Source: Acidobacteriota bacterium
GTDB lineage: Bacteria; Acidobacteriota; UBA6911; RPQK01; JAJDTT01
Direction: 5' to 3'
DNA length: 64,000 nt
Assembly: GCA_965209055.1 (NCBI GenBank)
Contig: OZ242374.1
Span: 4,352,001 to 4,416,000, forward strand
The notes under the pieces were generated by a model. That model did no database searches. It was given only the letters and a program-made list of their open reading frames with translations, and was not told the DNA's origin. Below are positions 57,511-64,000 of the stretch, in pieces; position 1 is the stretch's first letter; every line of letters starts with the position of its first letter. The position numbers and the translations under genes are program-made.

Positions 57511-58303
57511 GATCCGGATCATCGCCGCTAACACCTTTCGAGAGATTCTTCGGCGCAAGGTGATCTACGTCCTGCTGTTGCTCGGAGTTCTCATGATCGT
57601 CATCTGGCTGGGCCAGACGTCTCTCATGAACATGGCCTCCGAAGCCGGCGAGCCTGAGATCCTGCTGGAGATGAAGACATCGCAGACGCGGTTCTTCTTT
57701 GGCATGTGGAGTTTCTGCACCGCCGTCCTGGGACTGTTCCTGGGAGCAGTCGCCCTCGCCACGGAAATCAGGACTCAGACCATCGTTCCGGTGCTTGTCA
57801 GACCGATTCCACGATGGGCGTACCTGGTGGGCAAGTGGCTGGGCACCCAGTCGTTCGTCTGCCTCGTGCTCGGATTGGGCATGGGAATCGGCCTTGCCAT
57901 CATCTGGGCGTTCGAGCTCGAGATGAGTCCCCTGTTCTGGTTCGGCATGTTGGAGATGTTCGCCTATGCCACTCTGTACACGGGGGTGAGCCTCGGCTTG
58001 AGCGTGGTGATGAATCCGATTCTGGCCGGAGGCGTGACGTTGCTGCTGGCCAGCGTCCCGAACATGATCGAGTTTCTGTTCCGCCATCCCCACTGGGCGC
58101 TCAAGGGCCTGGCGGCTGTGGTCTACTACTTGAGTCCCGCGCAAATGCCGACCGATCTGCTGGCCGACAGCTTCGAGCGGGAACCTCTGGAACCGGACTA
58201 CTCCCTCTACGCTCGTGTCATGGTCGAGAATGTCCTTTACTCGATGACCGTCCTCCTGGCAGGCTGCATCCTGTTCTCCCGGCGGGAGATCAAGCTGAAA
58301 TGA
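57503..58303 (+). CDS. ABC-2-type permease
   Basis: IAANTFREILR, LVRPIPRWAYLVGKWLG, about 6 TMs, FSRRE. Confidence 0.88.
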   Translation: MPEIRIIAANTFREILRRKVIYVLLLLGVLMIVIWLGQTSLMNMASEAGEPEILLEMKTSQTRFFFGMWSFCTAVLGLFLGAVALATEIRTQTIVPVLVRPIPRWAYLVGKWLGTQSFVCLVLGLGMGIGLAIIWAFELEMSPLFWFGMLEMFAYATLYTGVSLGLSVVMNPILAGGVTLLLASVPNMIEFLFRHPHWALKGLAAVVYYLSPAQMPTDLLADSFEREPLEPDYSLYARVMVENVLYSMTVLLAGCILFSRREIKLK

Positions 58304-58355
58304 CTGGGCGGGTCCGGGACCGGGCCCGGTTCGGATCGAGCGAGAGGCGGGAGAA

Positions 58356-59444
58356 TCAAGCAAACGCCGACTTGTTGAACACGTAGGGCATCTTCGACGG
58401 ATCTCCTCCGTAATTCCCTTCCAGCACGTCGATGACGCCCTGGGCGGTTCGACCCGCCATGCCCAGTTCCGGGTCTCCCGAGAGCCGCGTCCGCCTTCCG
58501 GCGCTGGCGAAATGGTGGAAAATCCGCAACCGGTCCGCCAATTCCGGGTCCTGCAAGGGGGAGTCGATGGGAAGCGGTTCCTGTTCGAAGACATCCAGAG
58601 CGGCGCCGGCGATCTGGCCCGCGCGGAGAGCTCTGACCAACGCGTCCGGGTCCACCACCGGACCTCTCGAGGTGTTGATGAGAAAGGCCGTCGGTTTCAT
58701 GATCTCCAGGGCCCTGTCGTTGATGAGATGGTGCGTGTCGGGGGTGAGAGGGACGTGCAGGCTGATGTAGTCCGCCTGGCGAAACGCCTCCTCGAACGAT
58801 GTCCATCGAATGGTGGCGCGCCGATTCGACAAGCCCTGTTCGAATTTGAAGTCGAAGAGCGCCTGCACCGACTCCACGAAGGACCGATCCTCCGGCAACA
58901 GGTCGCAGCAGATGATGTCGGTGTCCAGTCCCGTGCACTTGAGCAGAAAGGCCCGCCCGATGCGTCCGGTTCCGATGACGGCGACCGTCTTGCCCGTAAC
59001 CTCGTCTCCCAGGAAAGGGAGATAGGGATGCCAGGTCTCCCACCGGCCTTCCCGCACCAACCGCTCGCTCGGGTACAGCTTTCGCGAAACGCAACCCATG
59101 ATGAAAAAAGCGAATTCGGCCGTAGCATCGGTCAGCACCACGGCCGTATGGGTATAGGGGACCCGGAACTTGCGGGCTGATTCCTCGTCAATATTGTCGA
59201 CTCCCACGGCAATCTGGGATACGACTTTCAAGGTTTCCCGGCCCGCCTGGAACACCTCCTCATCGATGGGATCCCGCAACGTGGTGATGAGCGCGTCGAT
59301 TCCCGACGCGACCTTCTCAACGATCAGCGCCTTCGGTGGAGGTTCCACTTCGGGATAGACTTCTACCTCGTATCCCCAATCCGTCAGGCGCTTGAGTCCC
59401 TCTTCTCCAATGTCACAGGTGGCGTAGACGCGATAACTCTTCAT
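58356..59444 (-). CDS. D-2-hydroxyacid dehydrogenase (glyoxylate/hydroxypyruvate reductase-like)
   Basis: AVGVDNID, GTGRIG, LHVPLT, INTSRG, ALDVFEQEP. Confidence 0.9.
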   Translation of the reverse strand: MKSYRVYATCDIGEEGLKRLTDWGYEVEVYPEVEPPPKALIVEKVASGIDALITTLRDPIDEEVFQAGRETLKVVSQIAVGVDNIDEESARKFRVPYTHTAVVLTDATAEFAFFIMGCVSRKLYPSERLVREGRWETWHPYLPFLGDEVTGKTVAVIGTGRIGRAFLLKCTGLDTDIICCDLLPEDRSFVESVQALFDFKFEQGLSNRRATIRWTSFEEAFRQADYISLHVPLTPDTHHLINDRALEIMKPTAFLINTSRGPVVDPDALVRALRAGQIAGAALDVFEQEPLPIDSPLQDPELADRLRIFHHFASAGRRTRLSGDPELGMAGRTAQGVIDVLEGNYGGDPSKMPYVFNKSAFA

Positions 59445-59493
59445 CAGGCTTTCGACTCCCGTTTCTCGCTTCGCACCGGACCGGGCTCTGGTG

Positions 59494-60669
59494 TCAAACC
59501 ACAGCCGGCCACTTCGCCAGAGCGGCCTTCATCCTCCGAACTCCCTTTTCCAGCATTTCCAGGGAGGTGGCATAGGAAAGCCGCAGGTAGCCCTGTCCCA
59601 TGTTTCCAAAGGAGGTGCCGGAAAGGAGCGCGATGCCCCCTTCCTGCAACAGGTAATCGGCCAGCTTCGGGGAATCTTCCGACAGTGCCCGCGTGTTGGG
59701 AAAGACGTAGAAGGCGCCCTTTGGCTGCCGGCACGAGACGCCCTCGACACTGTTCAGAAGATCGACGATCCGGTCTCTCCGGGTCTGGAAGATCTTCACC
59801 ATCTCGTGAACCGGTTTGGGGTCCTGTCGGAGGGCCTGGATGCCGGCCATCTGAGTGAAGGCGGCCGTACAGGAATTGGAATTGACCATGAGTTTGGTCA
59901 CATGCCCGGCCAGTTCCTTGGGCATGACACCGTAACCCATCCGCCAGCCGGTCATGGCGTAGGTCTTGGAAAACCCGTCGAGCAATATGGTCCGCTCCTT
60001 CATGCCGGGAAAAGACGCAATGCTCACGTGGGGTTCGTCGTAAATGATGCGGTTGTAGACTTCGTCGGAGAGAAAGCAAACATCGGAATCCGCGAACGCG
60101 TCGACGATGGCGCTGATGTCTCCCCGGTTCAACACCGAACCGGTGGGGTTGTTGGGAGAGTTGAGAATGATGAGACGGGTGCGGGGGGTGGACAAGTCGA
60201 CCAGCTCCTGGATATCCATCCGAAAATCCAATTCCTCCCGCAAGGGAACGGGCACCGGGCGCGCCCCCACATAGCGGATCATCGACTCGTAGATGGGGAA
60301 CCCCGGATCGGGATAGATCACCTCGTCCCCCTTCTGAGCCAGAGCCAGAATGGAAAAGAAGATGATCGGCTTGGCGCCGGGTGTCACCACGACCTCGTCC
60401 GGATCGACTGCGATCTGCCTGGTCTCAGAGATCTCCCGGGCGATGGCTTGACGCAAGGGAAGGATACCCGCAGACGGAGTGTAGTGGTGGTGGCCGTCTC
60501 TCAACGCCCCGACTGCCGCCTCGACGATGTCTTCATGGGTATTGAAGTCGGGCTCTCCGATCTCCAGGTGGACGATGTCCCGTCCTTGAGCTTCAAGACC
60601 CTTGGCTCGGGCCAGAACCTCGAAGGCCGTCTCGGTCCCCAAATTGGACATTCGCTCCGCCAGCCGCAT
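59494..60669 (-). CDS. PLP-dependent class I aminotransferase (AspC-like)
   Basis: IGEPDF, NSPNNPTG, SDEVY, GFSKTYAMTGWRMG, GAFY. Start could be 60678. Confidence 0.93.
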   Translation of the reverse strand: MRLAERMSNLGTETAFEVLARAKGLEAQGRDIVHLEIGEPDFNTHEDIVEAAVGALRDGHHHYTPSAGILPLRQAIAREISETRQIAVDPDEVVVTPGAKPIIFFSILALAQKGDEVIYPDPGFPIYESMIRYVGARPVPVPLREELDFRMDIQELVDLSTPRTRLIILNSPNNPTGSVLNRGDISAIVDAFADSDVCFLSDEVYNRIIYDEPHVSIASFPGMKERTILLDGFSKTYAMTGWRMGYGVMPKELAGHVTKLMVNSNSCTAAFTQMAGIQALRQDPKPVHEMVKIFQTRRDRIVDLLNSVEGVSCRQPKGAFYVFPNTRALSEDSPKLADYLLQEGGIALLSGTSFGNMGQGYLRLSYATSLEMLEKGVRRMKAALAKWPAVV

Positions 60670-60773
60670 GCCGGTCATTCTCGGGGTGCAACCCTCTTTT
60701 CGTCAAGTATTCGACAGCCCGCGGCAAAAGTCGTCGCGGCATTCGACCACCAGGAGGGTCTTGGGGGCGGAAC

Positions 60774-60782
60774 TGCTATAAT
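60774..60782 (+). promoter_or_regulatory. Extended -10 promoter element for the GNAT/symporter genes
   Basis: TGCTATAAT about 30 bp upstream of ATG 60812. Confidence 0.55.
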
Positions 60783-60811
60783 CCGGCAGCGGACCCGGAT
60801 GGGAGCCGAAC

Positions 60812-61711
60812 ATGGCTGATCTCCTACCTGAACGGACGGTCCAGACGGGCACTCAAGCCATTCGTCTCAGAGCCCTCACAACCATCGGAGAAATGGATGA
60901 GGTCGTCGACCTGGAGGAACAGATCTGGGGGTATGGCGCACCCGGATCCGATTCCCCCTACCCCGCCCGGGCCCTGTTCGCCGTGGCCGAGAGCGGCGGG
61001 CTGGTGGCCGGCGCCTTCGCCGGCGGAGATCTGGTCGGCTTCGCCCTCTCCTGGCTGGGATCGGAAAACGGGACGCGAGTTCCCTACCTTCACAGCCAAC
61101 TCATGGGCGTCCTCCCCGCGTACCGTTCCCACGGGATCGGCTACCAATTGAAGTTGTTCCAACGGGACTACGCTCTGGACTCGGGCCTTGAACTGATCAA
61201 GTGGACCTTCGATCCCCTTATTGCGGCGAATGCGCACTTGAACCTGAAGAAACTGGGATCCGTGATTCGGTCGTACCTCCCCAACTACTACGGGAACCTG
61301 CAAAGCCGCTTCACCAGGGGAATCGCTTCCGACCGGGTGTGGGTGTCCTGGTTCGTCAAGTCGCAACGCGTCCGGGGAAGGGTTGACCGCTCGTCCTCGT
61401 CCACGTCAATGGTTGCCGGACTGCCCCGGGCGACCCGGGTGAAACCGGATCCGATCAGCGGTCTTGCACGCCTGTGCGGGTTCCGGCTCGACCTGGATTC
61501 GAAACGGCTGCTGGTGGAGGTGCCCGGCGCCTTCGGCACGCTTCGAAGAACGGAGCCGAAGCTGGCTCGGGAGTGGCAGCGAAAGATCCGTGAAATATTC
61601 GTCCACTACCTGAAAAGGGGCTACTGCGCCTCGGATTTCTTTTTCATGGACGGCCGGAGCGCCTACCTGCTGGATCGCTCACCCCTGTCCCGGATCCTGA
61701 ATTCAGAATAG
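60812..61711 (+). CDS. GNAT-family acyltransferase
   Basis: YLHSQLMGV, RSHGIG acyl-CoA motif, WTFDPL..NAHLN..KLG, NYYG, SDR. Confidence 0.85.
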   Translation: MADLLPERTVQTGTQAIRLRALTTIGEMDEVVDLEEQIWGYGAPGSDSPYPARALFAVAESGGLVAGAFAGGDLVGFALSWLGSENGTRVPYLHSQLMGVLPAYRSHGIGYQLKLFQRDYALDSGLELIKWTFDPLIAANAHLNLKKLGSVIRSYLPNYYGNLQSRFTRGIASDRVWVSWFVKSQRVRGRVDRSSSSTSMVAGLPRATRVKPDPISGLARLCGFRLDLDSKRLLVEVPGAFGTLRRTEPKLAREWQRKIREIFVHYLKRGYCASDFFFMDGRSAYLLDRSPLSRILNSE

Positions 61712-61754
61712 CTTCGATTGACCGGTGTCCGGGAACGTAGGACCATAACAGCCC

Positions 61755-63197
61755 GTGGGTTTCTCGCTCCTGGACTACGCCATCCTGGTCCTCTATCTCC
61801 TGGCCACGGCCATCCTGGGCATCCTGCTGGGCCGGGGCCGAAAGGACCTGGGTCAATATTTCCTGGCCGGCCGGAATCTCTCCTGGTGGGTCGTCTGTCT
61901 CTCCATCGTCGCTACCGAGACCAGCACCCTCACCTTCATCGGGGTCCCGGCCCTCTCCTACACCGGAAATTTCACCTTCCTCCAGTTGGTCTTCGGGTAC
62001 GTCGTGGGACGTGTACTGGTCAGTTTTCTCCTGGTGCCAGCCTACTTCAGGCAGCGGCTCCAGACCGCTTACCAACTCCTGGCCTACCGTCTGGGGAAAG
62101 GGGTGAGAAAATTCTCCGCCTTCCTGTTTCTGGGAACCCGTTCCCTGGCGGACGGAGTCCGTCTCTTTTCCACCGGGCTGGTGCTTTCGGTGGTCACCGG
62201 AATTTCCGACTTTTGGGCCGTGCTGCTGATCGGCGCCGTCACCGTCGCCTATACGTTTTACGGAGGAATGCTGTCGGTCATCTTCAATGACGTCGTTCAG
62301 CTGGTCGTCTACCTGTCGGGAGCCGTCATCGCCCTCTACGTCCTGCTGGAAAAGATTCCCGGAGGATGGTCCCAGGCCATCAGTGAGGCGCAACTACACG
62401 CCAAGCTGCAGGTCTTCGACTTCGATCTGGCTCTCGCCACCCCCTACACCTTCTGGGCAGGCCTCGTGGGCGGCGCCTTTCTCACTCTGGCGACCCATGG
62501 CACGGACCAGATGATGGTCCAGCGCTATCTCTCCAGCGGCACCCCCCGGCGCAGCCAGATCGCCCTGATCGCCAGCGGCGTTGTGATCCTGGCGCAGTTC
62601 GCACTCTTCCTTCTCCTGGGAGCTTTGCTGTTCGTCTTCTACAGGCACTTCCCTCTGGATCAGGCACTGGTCCAGACCGACCGGATTTTCCCCATCTTCA
62701 TCGTCCGGGAGTTGCCCTCGGGAATCTCGGGGCTGATCATCGCGGCCATTTTCGCCGCGGCCATGTCGACCCTGAGCAGCTCCCTGAACTCCCTGTCCGC
62801 CTCCTCCATCCACGACTTCTACCGCGGCTGGCGGCGTGGAACCGAAGCCCACTACCTGCGGGTGTCCCGGCTGCTGACCCTGGGCTGGTGCGGGATTCTG
62901 GTGGTCATCGCCCTGCTGGCCAGGAACTGGGGGTCCGTGCTGGAAGCGGGCCTGACCATACCGAGCCTGACCATGGGAAGCGTGCTGGGTGTGTTTCTGC
63001 TGGCTCTGCGCCGTCGCAGCATCACCCAGAGGGGAGCGCTGACAGGCATGGCGGCGGGACTTGCCACCATGCTCGTGATCCACTGGACGGGAGAAGTGGC
63101 GTGGCCCTGGTATGTTCTGGTGGGAACCGGCGTGACCTTTGCGACGGGATGGATCGCCTCCCGATTGGGTGGCGGCAACCCGGCCCCGGGTCACTGA
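61755..63197 (+). CDS. Sodium:solute symporter (SSS family)
   Basis: YFLAGR, SIVATETS, GTDQMMVQRYL, AAAMSTLSSSLNS. Confidence 0.92.
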   Translation: MGFSLLDYAILVLYLLATAILGILLGRGRKDLGQYFLAGRNLSWWVVCLSIVATETSTLTFIGVPALSYTGNFTFLQLVFGYVVGRVLVSFLLVPAYFRQRLQTAYQLLAYRLGKGVRKFSAFLFLGTRSLADGVRLFSTGLVLSVVTGISDFWAVLLIGAVTVAYTFYGGMLSVIFNDVVQLVVYLSGAVIALYVLLEKIPGGWSQAISEAQLHAKLQVFDFDLALATPYTFWAGLVGGAFLTLATHGTDQMMVQRYLSSGTPRRSQIALIASGVVILAQFALFLLLGALLFVFYRHFPLDQALVQTDRIFPIFIVRELPSGISGLIIAAIFAAAMSTLSSSLNSLSASSIHDFYRGWRRGTEAHYLRVSRLLTLGWCGILVVIALLARNWGSVLEAGLTIPSLTMGSVLGVFLLALRRRSITQRGALTGMAAGLATMLVIHWTGEVAWPWYVLVGTGVTFATGWIASRLGGGNPAPGH

Positions 63198-63211
63198 ACA
63201 TCCGGCAAAGG

Positions 63212-63865
63212 CTATTCGATCTCACCGTGGCCGAGCATCACCATGCCCAGCGTCAGAGATCCTGATCGGGCGACCAGCGTCCACTGGTCCATGTCGTTCT
63301 TGACGAGCGTGGGGCCGCTGACCTCATCGTAGATGGGGAAGAGGCTGAGAGTGGCGGGATGCCGTCCGACGGCGGCTTCGGCGCTGGCCTGCACCAACTC
63401 GTCCGCGCGGTATTCCGTATCCGGGTCTTCATCCATCTTGGCAGGGATCATAAGAAGAAAATCCCGGTAAATGGAAACCCCCATGTGAGCGCCGTCCTGC
63501 GGCTGGACGGCATAGCGGAGGGTATAGACGCCAGGTAAGATCGGCAGTTCCTTGTAGTCGGACCATTTGGCCGGAAAGCGGACGGCGCCAACCAGGGTTC
63601 CGACCTTCAATTGCCCGAAACTGACTCCCAACTCCGTGGACGGCGACGATGCCTCCGGCACATCCGCTCTCAACCAGAAATCCGCAAATGGTTGTCCGCC
63701 CTGCAAGACGCGCAGAGCTTCCGGCTGGAGAGAGTCCCGAACCTTCTGGGAAAGCTCCGGCGGCGGGTCGACCTCGGCCGTCTCCACGGCCAAGGGTCCT
63801 TCCGCACCGAAGGCCGGCGCAACAACGATACCGACCAGGATGATCGCCAGCAGCCTACGGGACAA
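63212..63865 (-). CDS. Hypothetical exported protein
   Basis: ORF with signal-like RRLLAIILVGIVVAPAFG; GVYTLRY..QP.DG.H.G motif; start uncertain (TTG 63865). Confidence 0.7.
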   Translation of the reverse strand: MSRRLLAIILVGIVVAPAFGAEGPLAVETAEVDPPPELSQKVRDSLQPEALRVLQGGQPFADFWLRADVPEASSPSTELGVSFGQLKVGTLVGAVRFPAKWSDYKELPILPGVYTLRYAVQPQDGAHMGVSIYRDFLLMIPAKMDEDPDTEYRADELVQASAEAAVGRHPATLSLFPIYDEVSGPTLVKNDMDQWTLVARSGSLTLGMVMLGHGEIE

Positions 63866-64000
63866 GATACAAGTTCTTTCGTGAACTCGCCGTCCGATTC
63901 GCAACGGGTTCCTCAGCGCGTGAAGCTCCCGACGAACGCCCCGCGGGTTCCGTAGGTTCCCCAACTGCTCCCCAGGCCGTCTCCCTGGAACCTATGGGAG

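Overview
High-GC bacterial chromosomal window, probably Acidobacteriota (inferred from the Pal with an extra N-terminal Ig-like domain and the repeated 'FPHFANG...FTTLPV' surface-protein domains); the eukaryote-like LRR proteins hint at a host-associated lifestyle. It appears to contain the replication terminus: a XerC/XerD dif site at 18517-18544, with KOPS-like GGGNAGGG octamers converging on it from both sides. Housekeeping content: ilvH, glnD-glnB, glnA-glnE-pyc, gmhA-like, miaB, recN, tol-pal-cpoB, ssb, htrA-like, tsaB, mutS, ArnT/GT2, alanine symporter, tsaC, rarA, dacB, an ABC exporter and others. Three parts stand out. (1) Two tandem secreted LRR paralogs have conserved caps, C-termini and leader blocks, but 72-bp LRR arrays that differ in unit number (11 vs 9) and vary mainly at the predicted ligand-facing positions. 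(2) A nine-gene corrinoid/THF methyl-transfer cluster has a Zn-motif MtaA/CmuA-type enzyme, no MttB-type enzyme, and two unrecognised Cys-motif proteins. (3) An intact 2450-bp IS1595-family element (perfect 22-bp TIRs, 8-bp TSD, consensus promoter) carries a translationally coupled DNA methyltransferase fused to an Mrr-like domain. No rRNA, tRNA or CRISPR array was seen. All calls come from reading motifs by eye; no database searches were run.
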